Assembly (NCBI GenBank): GCA_963702005.1
Contig: OY969696.1
Coordinates: forward strand, 1,312,001-1,376,000
Direction of reading: 5' to 3'
DNA length: 64,000 nucleotides
Source of the DNA: Candidatus Aminicenantes bacterium
GTDB lineage: Bacteria; Acidobacteriota; Aminicenantia; Aminicenantales; JAFGBC01
The notes beneath the pieces were generated by a model that was given only the letters and a program-made list of their open reading frames with translations, was not told the DNA's origin and made no database searches. Made by a program: the position numbers and the translations under genes. The first letter of the stretch is position 1, and each line of letters starts with the position of its first letter. Shown here piece after piece: positions 1 to 8,598 of the stretch.

Positions 1-1734
1 TACCGCTTGACCGGCCGCAAAAAATATCTCGACCTGGCCAAGTTCTTCATCGACGAGCGGGGGAACGCGGCCGGCCACAAGCTCTACGGCGAGTACAACC
101 AGGACCACAAGCCCGTCCTCGAACAGACCGAGGCCGTCGGCCACTCGGTCCGGGCCGCCTACCTTTACTCCGGGATGGCCGACATCGCCGCCCTGACCGG
201 CGACAAACGCTATCTCGACAGCCTGGACCGGATCTGGGAGGACATCGTCTCCAAGAAGCTCTACGTCACGGGCGGCATCGGGGCGGCCGGCGGCATCGAG
301 GGCTTCGGCCCCGCCTACGACCTCCCCAACGCGACCGGCTACGCCGAGACCTGCGCGACGATCGCCTACGCCCTCTGGAACTGGCGGATGTTTCTGTCCC
401 ACGCCGACGCCAAATACATGGACCTCTTTGAGCGGGCCGCCTACAACGCTTTCCTGTCGGGCTCGGGGATGAGCGGAGATCTCTACTTCTACCCGAATCC
501 GCTCGCCTCCTACGGCCAGCACGCCCGCAGCCCCTGGTTCGGCTGCGCCTGCTGTCCGCCCAACATCGCCCGCTTCATCGCCGAGCTGGGCGGGTTCGCC
601 TACGCCGTCGAGGGCGATAAGGTCTTCCTGAACCTTTTCGTCCAGGGCACGGCCAAAATCGCGATCAAGGCCGGAACGCTCGGCCTGGAACAGACGACGG
701 ATTATCCCTGGTCGGGCGATATTAAAGTCCGGGTGGCGGAAACCGTTGCCGGGCCGTGGACCTTGATGGCCCGCATCCCGGGCTGGGCCTTGGGCCGGCC
801 TCTTCCGAGCGACCTCTACCGAGATGCCGAGGAGCCAGCCGAGAAGCCGGTCGTCAAGGTCAATGGACAGGCCGTTCCGCTCGACCTCGATAAGGGCTAT
901 GTCGCCGTCGCCCGGACCTGGGCGGCGGGTGATACCGTCGAGATCAGTCTTCCGATGCCCGTCCGGCGCGTCCTGGCTCATCCCGGAATCAAGGACGACG
1001 TCGGCCGCGTCGCCCTCGAGCGGGGCCCGCTCGTCTACTGCGCGGAGTGGGCGGACAATGAAGGCTACGCGAGCAACCTCGTCCTCGCCGACGGCGCAGC
1101 CCTGACTCCGGTCGCCCGGCCCGACCTCCTGGGCGGGATCACGGTTATCAGCGGCGACGCGACGGCCTTGCGCTACAAGGCCGGAAAGATCGTTGCCGAA
1201 AAGAGAACACTGACCCTCATACCGTACTATTCCTGGGCCCACCGTGGAAAGGGCGAGATGGCCGTCTGGCAGGCCCGCGAGCCCGGCAAGGCCCGAGCCA
1301 TTCCGGAGCCGACCTTGGCCTCCCGCGCCAAGGTTGCCGCTTCCGAGGGGGCGCGGGGCGCCCAGGGCGTCCACGACCAGTTCGAGCCCTCAAGCTCCAA
1401 CGATCACTCCGGAAGTTTCCTCCACTGGTGGCCCCACAAAGGGACCAAGGAATGGGTCGAGTACGATTTCGGCCGTCCCGAGCGGGTTTCCGAGGCCGAA
1501 GTTTACTGGTTTGACGATACGGGAGAAGGGGAGTGCCGGATTCCCGTTTCCTGGGCGCTCTTTTATAAGGATGGGGAGGCTTGGAAGCCCGTCGCCGGTC
1601 CGTCCGGGTACGGCGTCGTCAAGGACAAATACAACAAGGCCGGCTTCCGCCCGGTCCGGACGACGGGACTCAGGCTCGAAGTCCAGCTCCCGGCCGATTA
1701 CTCATCCGGCGTCGAGGAGTGGAAAATAAAATAA
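1..1734 (+). CDS. GH127 beta-L-arabinofuranosidase-like protein with C-terminal F5/8 (discoidin)-like domain; 5' end outside window
   Basis: GHSVRA, YAETCA, CACCPPN and ERGPLVYC motifs of GH127; C-terminal WVEYDF...VYWFDDTGEG module; frame open from base 1. Confidence 0.88.
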   Translation, partial: YRLTGRKKYLDLAKFFIDERGNAAGHKLYGEYNQDHKPVLEQTEAVGHSVRAAYLYSGMADIAALTGDKRYLDSLDRIWEDIVSKKLYVTGGIGAAGGIEGFGPAYDLPNATGYAETCATIAYALWNWRMFLSHADAKYMDLFERAAYNAFLSGSGMSGDLYFYPNPLASYGQHARSPWFGCACCPPNIARFIAELGGFAYAVEGDKVFLNLFVQGTAKIAIKAGTLGLEQTTDYPWSGDIKVRVAETVAGPWTLMARIPGWALGRPLPSDLYRDAEEPAEKPVVKVNGQAVPLDLDKGYVAVARTWAAGDTVEISLPMPVRRVLAHPGIKDDVGRVALERGPLVYCAEWADNEGYASNLVLADGAALTPVARPDLLGGITVISGDATALRYKAGKIVAEKRTLTLIPYYSWAHRGKGEMAVWQAREPGKARAIPEPTLASRAKVAASEGARGAQGVHDQFEPSSSNDHSGSFLHWWPHKGTKEWVEYDFGRPERVSEAEVYWFDDTGEGECRIPVSWALFYKDGEAWKPVAGPSGYGVVKDKYNKAGFRPVRTTGLRLEVQLPADYSSGVEEWKIK

Positions 1735-1752
1735 TAATTTTAGGAGCTGAAC

Positions 1753-3735
1753 ATGAGATCCGTTTCGCTAAAGCTCCCGGGTGCGGCTCTCATCCTCCTC
1801 GGCGCCCTGGCGGTCGTCGGAGGCCAGGGATCGTCCGACTATCCCTTCGAGCCCGTCCCCTTCACCTCGGTCCGGGTCGCCGATACGTTCTGGCTCCCCC
1901 GGATCGAGACGAACCGGACCGTGACCATCCCTTACCTCATGAAGATGAACGAGGAGACGGGTCGGGTCGATAACTTCCGGAAGGCGGCCGGGCTCATGAA
2001 AGGGGCCCACACCGGCAAGCGCTATAACGACTCGGACGTCTTCAAGATCATGGAGGCGGCCTCCTATTCCCTGATGGCCCATCCCGACCCCGCCCTGGAG
2101 AAACGGCTTGACGAGCTCGTCGCGGTCATCGCCAAGGCCCAGGAGCCGGACGGCTATCTCTACACGGCCCGGACGATCGACCCCAAGAATCCGCCGCCGG
2201 GCGCCGGCGCCGAACGCTGGTCGAACCTCCGGGTCAGCCACGAACTCTACGACGTGGGGCACATGTACGAAGCCGCCGTCGCCCATTTTCAGGCGACCGG
2301 AAAACGGTCCTTTCTCGACATCGCGATCAAGAACGCCGACTTCCTCCTCGGGACCTTCGGTCCCGGCAAGCGGCGCGGCTTTCCCGGCCACCAGGAGATC
2401 GAGATCGGGCTGGCCAAGCTCTACCGCGCGACCGGAAACTATGCCTACATCGACCTCGCCAAGTTTTTCCTCGACGAACGCGGGCATTATTATCAAGGCG
2501 AACATTACGCCCCCGACGATCCGTTCGCCATCTACAATTCCGACGTGTATCTCCAGAACCATAAGCCCGTCCTCGAGCAGGATGAGGCCGTCGGGCACGC
2601 CGTCCGGGCCGCCTATATGTATTCGGGGATGGCCGATGTGGCCGCCCTGACCGGGAGCCCCGAATACATCAAGGCCATCGATCGGCTCTGGGACAACGTC
2701 GTTTCGAAGAAGATGTACTTGACGGGGGGGATCGGATCTCAGGATACGACGGAGGCTTTCGGGGACGCCTACGAGCTCCCCAACCGGAGCGCCTATAACG
2801 AGACCTGCGCCGCGGTCGGGAACGCCTTCTGGAACCATCGCCTGTTCCTCCTTCACGGCGACGCGAGATACGCCGACGTCCTGGAGCGGATCATCTACAA
2901 CGGGCTCCTGTCCGGCGTGTCCTTGAGCGGAGACCGCTTTTTCTACCAGAACCCGCTCGAGTCCCCGGGCGGCTACGGCCGGAGCCCCTTCTTCGAAGTC
3001 GCCTGCTGCCCCGCCAACGTGGCCCGCTTTCTGCCTTCCCTGCCCGGCTATATCTATGCCCGGAAAGGCGACGACATCTATATCAACCTATTCATCCCCT
3101 CCGAGGCGGCCCTCCCCCTCAAGGACAAGAAGATCATCGTCAAGCAGGCGACCCGCTATCCCTGGGACGGAGGCGTCAGGATCACGGTCGAACCCGAAGC
3201 GAAGGCCGAGTTCGCCCTCTTCGTCCGGATCCCGGGCTGGGCGCGGAATGTAGCCGTGCCAGGCGACCTCTACCGGTTCCTAGGAGAGCCTTCCGCCCAG
3301 CCGGTCCTCAAGGTCAACGGGAAGGCCGCGGCCCTGAATCTCGAGAACGGCTACGCCGTTGTCCGACGCACCTGGGCCAAGGGGGACGTCGTGGAGCTTT
3401 CGCTTCCGATGGAAATCCGGCGCGTCGTTGCCCGCGAAGAGGTCGTTGACGACCTGGACAAGGTCGCCCTGCAGCGGGGGCCGCTCGTTTATTGCGTCGA
3501 GGGCGTCGACAACGGCGGCAAAGCGCTGGACATCGCCCTCCCGGACGGAGCGGAGCTGACGGCTGAATTCAAGCCGGCGCTTCTGGGCGGAATCGTCATG
3601 ATCTCGGGCAAAGCCTTTCGGACCGGCTCGGGAGAAGGATCGCAGCCCGCCGAAATGGCCTTCCATGCGATTCCTTATTACGTCTGGGCTAACCGCGGCG
3701 CCGGCGAGATGGCCGTCTGGCTTTCCCGGAAATAA
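1753..3735 (+). CDS. Secreted GH127 beta-L-arabinofuranosidase-like protein
   Basis: Signal peptide; DSDVFK, PGHQEIE, GHAVRA, YNETCA, VACCPAN motifs; RBS AGGAG upstream. Confidence 0.92.
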   Translation: MRSVSLKLPGAALILLGALAVVGGQGSSDYPFEPVPFTSVRVADTFWLPRIETNRTVTIPYLMKMNEETGRVDNFRKAAGLMKGAHTGKRYNDSDVFKIMEAASYSLMAHPDPALEKRLDELVAVIAKAQEPDGYLYTARTIDPKNPPPGAGAERWSNLRVSHELYDVGHMYEAAVAHFQATGKRSFLDIAIKNADFLLGTFGPGKRRGFPGHQEIEIGLAKLYRATGNYAYIDLAKFFLDERGHYYQGEHYAPDDPFAIYNSDVYLQNHKPVLEQDEAVGHAVRAAYMYSGMADVAALTGSPEYIKAIDRLWDNVVSKKMYLTGGIGSQDTTEAFGDAYELPNRSAYNETCAAVGNAFWNHRLFLLHGDARYADVLERIIYNGLLSGVSLSGDRFFYQNPLESPGGYGRSPFFEVACCPANVARFLPSLPGYIYARKGDDIYINLFIPSEAALPLKDKKIIVKQATRYPWDGGVRITVEPEAKAEFALFVRIPGWARNVAVPGDLYRFLGEPSAQPVLKVNGKAAALNLENGYAVVRRTWAKGDVVELSLPMEIRRVVAREEVVDDLDKVALQRGPLVYCVEGVDNGGKALDIALPDGAELTAEFKPALLGGIVMISGKAFRTGSGEGSQPAEMAFHAIPYYVWANRGAGEMAVWLSRK

Positions 3736-3791
3736 AGACAAAGGCCGTCGCCGGCTCGGAAGAAGCGGGGAACGCTCGGTTTGGCCGCAAG

Positions 3792-3821
3792 TTGACGAAT
3801 TGTCGGATTTTGGCCTATACT
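3792..3821 (+). promoter_or_regulatory. Putative sigma70 promoter for the sensor/Nfn cluster
   Basis: TTGACG-18 bp-TATACT. Confidence 0.5.
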
Positions 3822-3895
3822 GATTTCTCGAAGCGGGCAGGAAGAGGCGACCGCAAGGCCCGAGCGGCTGGGTCTGAGCCGCGGAAAAAGGATGA

Positions 3896-4615
3896 TTGAC
3901 AGCGACCGAAACGGAGCGAATGATCATGGAGAAGAAGACGGATTCCTTCATCCGGGTCTATTGTCCGGAATTGATGGATACGATCACGCCTGGAGAATGG
4001 ACGGATTGTCCTTTTTATCGCGGCCAGAAGTTCGATCTTTCGAACACGGAAGAGGCGCTCAAACAGATCTTCCGCTGTCACGTTCAGTGCGACTGCAAAA
4101 TCCAGTATCAGTATTACGACCGGGGCAAGCTCGTACAGAAGGTCGAGGAGTCCGTCGAGGACCAGGAGAGCCTCCGGCGAATCCTCTCCTTGGTGATGAA
4201 ACGGGCGAAGAAGCCCGACATCAAAAGGATTAAAAAAGTCCTCATCGTCGATGACGACCTCGATTTCCTGGAGATCCACTCCACCGTCCTGAAGAACAGA
4301 GGCTACGAGGTCACGACGGCCCAGAGCTCAAAAGAATGCCTGGAAAAGCTGGAGAAGGGCCGGCCCGACCTGGTCGTTTTGGACGTCATGATGGAACAGT
4401 TCGACGCCGGATTCGAAGTGAGCAAGAAGATCAAGAAAAAATACCGCGACCTGCCCGTGATGCTTTTAACCTCCATCGGGCTTCAGACGAGCTTGGAATT
4501 CTCGTCCAACGCCGACGTCTTGGAGGCGACCGGGGCCGATCTTCTTCTCGATAAGCCGGTCAGCCCCGAGGTCTTCGTCGCAGAGATCGAGAAATTGACC
4601 GCGGCCAAGGAATAG
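3896..4615 (+). CDS. Response regulator receiver with ~100-aa Cys-rich N-terminal extension (start may be 3920)
   Basis: VLIVDDD, DLVVLDVMM, LTS, DKP receiver motifs; N-terminal region has 5 Cys. Confidence 0.8.
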   Translation: MTATETERMIMEKKTDSFIRVYCPELMDTITPGEWTDCPFYRGQKFDLSNTEEALKQIFRCHVQCDCKIQYQYYDRGKLVQKVEESVEDQESLRRILSLVMKRAKKPDIKRIKKVLIVDDDLDFLEIHSTVLKNRGYEVTTAQSSKECLEKLEKGRPDLVVLDVMMEQFDAGFEVSKKIKKKYRDLPVMLLTSIGLQTSLEFSSNADVLEATGADLLLDKPVSPEVFVAEIEKLTAAKE

Positions 4616-4637
4616 CGGGTAGAGATCCCTGATTTCC

Positions 4638-6725
4638 ATGGACATCCTCAGCATCTCCGACACGAGATGCCGCAAGTGCTATCGTTGCGTCCGGGAGTGT
4701 CCCACCAATGCCCTGAAGATCGACCAGGGGAAGGTCAAGCTCATCTGGAGGCGGTGTATCCTATGCGGGCTCTGTTACCGCCATTGCCCCCATGAGGCGG
4801 TGGATGTCCGGACCGGCATCAACCGGGTCCTGAAACTGCTCGAGGCCGGTGAAAAAGTCGTCGTCTGCCTCGACCCGACGTTCCCCGCCGTCCTGGACAA
4901 GGGAACACCCGCCCAGCTCGTGACGGCGCTCAAGACGCTCGGCTTCTCCGAAGTCTGGGAGTCCGCGGTCGGGGGAGACCTCGTGGCCGGGGACTACCGT
5001 TTCTGGCTCGCCCAGAACACGGAGTCCTCTTGGATCTCCTCGTTCTGCCCGTCGATCGTCTACTATATCGAGAAGTACGTGCCCGATATGGTTGACCGGC
5101 TGGTGCCGGTCGTATCCCCGATGATCGCTTGCGGCCTGGCGGTCAAACGTCTCTGCGGGCCGGAGACGAAGGTCGTCTTTGTCGGTTCCTGCATTTCCAG
5201 GATCTGGGAGCGCATGGGCCGCTTCGGAAAACAGGCCATCGATTATGTCCTGATTTATCACGACATCACGAACCTCCTGGAGGCGAGGGGGATCGACCGC
5301 GAAGCGCAAGAGCCGTCGGAGTTCGACGGACCGGCGAGCAGCCTGGGGCGGATCCTGAGCGTTTCCGGAGGCATGAGCCGCTGCGCCGGTTTCGACCAGG
5401 ACCTCCTGGGCCTGGACCACGTCGTCGAGTCCGGCGCCGAGGAAGCCATCCGGGCCATCGGACAGCTTCGCGAGGGGAAGATCCGCTCCCAGTTCCTAGA
5501 CCTTCTGTTCTGCCGGGGCTGCATCAACGGGCCGGTGACGGACAAAAAAATCTCGGGCCCCAGCCGCAAGCAGATTATCGTGGACTACATTAAGGCCCAG
5601 GAAAAACCGAAATCGTCGAGAGCGAAGGTCGGTCTCAAGGCATTCAAGGGGTTGGATTTCTCCCGGAGCTTCGCGGCGCGGGACGTTTCTGTGCCCACCC
5701 CGGCGGACGCGGAGATCGAAGCCATTCTGGCCCAGATCGGCAAATCCTACCCCAACCAGAATCTGGACTGCGGGGCCTGCGGCTATGGGTCCTGCTGGGA
5801 GAAGGCCAAGGCCGTCGTCCAGGGCCTGGCTGAGACGGAGATGTGCCACCACTACCTCCTGGAGAGCCTCCAGGGTCTTTATTCCCGCCTGGAAAAATCC
5901 CACGCCGAGCTCAAGAGTTCTCATGAGGAGCTGGAGCGGGCCCAGCGGCAGCTCATCCAGACTGAGAAGATGGCCTCCCTGGGGCAGCTGGCGGCCGGCG
6001 TCGCCCATGAGCTCAACAACCCCATCGGGACGATCATGATGTTCAGCCGGGTCATCCAGCGGGAGATGGACAAGGACAATAAATGGCAGAAGGACCTCGG
6101 CCTCGTCGTCCAGGAGGCGGACCGCGCGGCAAAGATCGTCAAGGACCTCCTGAGTTTCGCCAAGGAGACCAAGGTCCGGCCGGGGCTCGTCAACATCAAC
6201 CGGATCATCGAGGAAGCCCTCTCCCTACTCACCAAGCAGGCGCTTTTCCATAATATCGAAGTCGTCACCCGTCTCGACGACGCGCTCCCGACGACCTTCG
6301 CCGACCCGGACCTGCTGAAGCAGGTCTTTTTCAACATCATCCTCAACGGCGCCCAGGCCATGGACGGAAAAGGGGTCCTGACCGTCAGGAGCCTGAAGGC
6401 CGGCGACGGCCGCAAGATCGAGATCCGGATCGAGGATACGGGGAAGGGAATCCCCGAGAAACACATCCCCCGGCTCTTCGACCCGTTCTTCACGACCAAG
6501 GAAAAGGGCACGGGGCTTGGACTGGCCCTGGTCTATAACATCGTCGCCAAACACCAGGGAGCGATCTCCGTGGAGAGCCAGCTGGGACACGGGGCCACGT
6601 TTATCATCCTGCTTCCCGTCCTCGGCCAGGACGAATGGCTGAAGAGCGAAAGCCAAGTCGAAGGGCTGACGAGGGCTCCCGAAGGAAAGAATCATGAAGG
6701 CCAGAGGAAAGATCTTATTGGTTGA
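4638..6725 (+). CDS. [FeFe]-hydrogenase-like (group C/HydS-type) Fe-S sensor histidine kinase
   Basis: N-terminal 2x[4Fe-4S] (CRKCYRCVRECP; CILCGLCYRHCP), degenerate H-cluster motifs, CGACGYGSC FeS motif, AHELNNP H-box, DTGKGI/FFTTK/GTGLGL ATPase boxes. Confidence 0.85.
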   Translation: MDILSISDTRCRKCYRCVRECPTNALKIDQGKVKLIWRRCILCGLCYRHCPHEAVDVRTGINRVLKLLEAGEKVVVCLDPTFPAVLDKGTPAQLVTALKTLGFSEVWESAVGGDLVAGDYRFWLAQNTESSWISSFCPSIVYYIEKYVPDMVDRLVPVVSPMIACGLAVKRLCGPETKVVFVGSCISRIWERMGRFGKQAIDYVLIYHDITNLLEARGIDREAQEPSEFDGPASSLGRILSVSGGMSRCAGFDQDLLGLDHVVESGAEEAIRAIGQLREGKIRSQFLDLLFCRGCINGPVTDKKISGPSRKQIIVDYIKAQEKPKSSRAKVGLKAFKGLDFSRSFAARDVSVPTPADAEIEAILAQIGKSYPNQNLDCGACGYGSCWEKAKAVVQGLAETEMCHHYLLESLQGLYSRLEKSHAELKSSHEELERAQRQLIQTEKMASLGQLAAGVAHELNNPIGTIMMFSRVIQREMDKDNKWQKDLGLVVQEADRAAKIVKDLLSFAKETKVRPGLVNINRIIEEALSLLTKQALFHNIEVVTRLDDALPTTFADPDLLKQVFFNIILNGAQAMDGKGVLTVRSLKAGDGRKIEIRIEDTGKGIPEKHIPRLFDPFFTTKEKGTGLGLALVYNIVAKHQGAISVESQLGHGATFIILLPVLGQDEWLKSESQVEGLTRAPEGKNHEGQRKDLIG

Positions 6726-7101
6726 TGATGACCCCGATTTTTTGGAGATGCACAAGGCCGTCCTGCAGAACCACGGCTACGTCGTGTCCACCGCGATGAG
6801 CGGGCAGGAGGGGCTTGAGCGCGTCCGGGCCGAGATGCCGGACCTCATCATCCTCGACCTCATGATGGAGAAGCATGACGCCGGCTTCTCCTTCAGCAAG
6901 ACGATAAAGACCGACCCCCTGTTCAAGAGAATCCCCATCCTCATGGTGACCTCCGTGGCCGAAGCCACCGGCTACCGCTTCTCATTGGAGGAGGACGGGT
7001 ACTGGATGAAGACCGACGATTTCCTGGATAAGCCCGTCATGCCCGAGGTTCTCCTCGACCGGGTCGGAAAACTCCTGCAAAAGAAAGAAGAAGAATCGTG
7101 A
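6694..7101 (+). CDS. Single-domain response regulator
   Basis: ILLVDDD, DLIILDLMM, VTS, DKP motifs. Confidence 0.9.
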   Translation: MKARGKILLVDDDPDFLEMHKAVLQNHGYVVSTAMSGQEGLERVRAEMPDLIILDLMMEKHDAGFSFSKTIKTDPLFKRIPILMVTSVAEATGYRFSLEEDGYWMKTDDFLDKPVMPEVLLDRVGKLLQKKEEES

Positions 7102-8576
7102 GCACGCCAACGAGCATTTTGGTCGTCGACGATGAGATGGGAATCCGGGAAGGGTGCCGGCGCGTCCTGGCCGAGGATGGATACGTCATCGACTTGGCCG
7201 AGGACGGGATGGCCGGGCTGGCAAAGGTCCAGGAGAAGCCATACGACCTTATTCTGGTCGACCTAATGATGCCGGGCATCGGAGGCCTGGACCTGATCAA
7301 GAAGATCAATGAGATCGACCCCGAGATCATCGTCGTCATCATCACCGGGTACGCGACCATCGAAACGGCCGTAGAGGCGACCAAGCGGGGCGCCTACGAC
7401 TATCTTCCGAAGCCTTTCACGCCCGAGGCTTTATCCGTCCTCGTCAAGCGGGGGCTGGAGAAACGGGAGCTGCGGCTCGAGGCCCAAAGGCTCAGCCACG
7501 AACGCGAGCAGAGGCTTCTCGAGCTGGCCAGCGAAAAGGGCCGGCTGCGAAGCATCATCGGCTGCATGGCCGACGGCGTTCTGGTCACCAACCTGGAACG
7601 TCAATTGGTCCTCTGGAACGCCTCGGCCGTGAGAATGTTGAAGCTCAGGGGCACAGACGAGCCCGGGAAGGCCATGGACCATTACCTCAAGAATCCCGCT
7701 CTCATCGAGTCTCTCGAGCGGATCCTGGATTTCAAGGACGACAGCTTCTCGATGATCAGCCAGGAGATCCGGACCGACGACCAAAGCTCGGTCTTGATGG
7801 CCCAGATGGCCCCCGTCCGGGACGAACAGGGAAGACTCCTGGGGGAGGTCACGGTCATCCGGGACATCACGAAGCTCAAGGAGATCGAGAAGATCAAATC
7901 CCAATTCGTCTCGATGGTCGCCCACGAGCTCCGCTCCCCCCTGGCGGCGATCGAAGGCTGGCTGGGTGTCGTGCTCTCCGGGGAGGCCGGCGGCGACGAG
8001 GAGCAGAGGCGGCAATGGCTGCTGCGGGCAAAGGAGCGGGCCAACTCCCTGCTGGCCCTCGTCCACGACCTCCTGGAGATCAACAAGATCGAGGCCGGGA
8101 AGGTCGCCCAGAAGATGGAATCCGTCCAGGTGACCGACGTCATCGGCAAGATCGTCGAATTCTTCAGGCCCGAAGCCGAACGACAGCATGTCTCGCTCCA
8201 AATGAAGCCGTCCGTCCCGCTGCCGGCCATCCAGGCCGACATCCAGGACATGGAAAAGCTCTTCACGAACCTCGTCAGCAACGCCATCAAATACAACGTG
8301 GAAAACGGTTCCGTCACGATCGAGACGTCCCTGGATGCCCATTTCGTCGGGATCCACATCCGCGATACGGGCATCGGGATTGCCCCGGCCGACCTGGCGC
8401 GGATCTTCGACGATTTCTTCCGCGTCGAGACGAAGAGGACGGACAGGATCAGCGGAACCGGCCTGGGACTGACGATCGCCAAGAAGATCGTGGACTCCCA
8501 CTTCGGGCATATCGAGGTCGAGAGCCGGCCGGATAAAGGAAGCACTTTCTCCGTGTACCTTCCTTACAAGAAATGA
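7098..8576 (+). CDS. Hybrid REC-PAS-histidine kinase
   Basis: N-terminal receiver, PAS-like MADGVLV...WN segment, AHELRSP, NAIKY, DTGIGI, GTGLGL. Confidence 0.92.
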   Translation: MSTPTSILVVDDEMGIREGCRRVLAEDGYVIDLAEDGMAGLAKVQEKPYDLILVDLMMPGIGGLDLIKKINEIDPEIIVVIITGYATIETAVEATKRGAYDYLPKPFTPEALSVLVKRGLEKRELRLEAQRLSHEREQRLLELASEKGRLRSIIGCMADGVLVTNLERQLVLWNASAVRMLKLRGTDEPGKAMDHYLKNPALIESLERILDFKDDSFSMISQEIRTDDQSSVLMAQMAPVRDEQGRLLGEVTVIRDITKLKEIEKIKSQFVSMVAHELRSPLAAIEGWLGVVLSGEAGGDEEQRRQWLLRAKERANSLLALVHDLLEINKIEAGKVAQKMESVQVTDVIGKIVEFFRPEAERQHVSLQMKPSVPLPAIQADIQDMEKLFTNLVSNAIKYNVENGSVTIETSLDAHFVGIHIRDTGIGIAPADLARIFDDFFRVETKRTDRISGTGLGLTIAKKIVDSHFGHIEVESRPDKGSTFSVYLPYKK

Positions 8577-8598
8577 ACTAAAGGCACAAGGAACGGAT

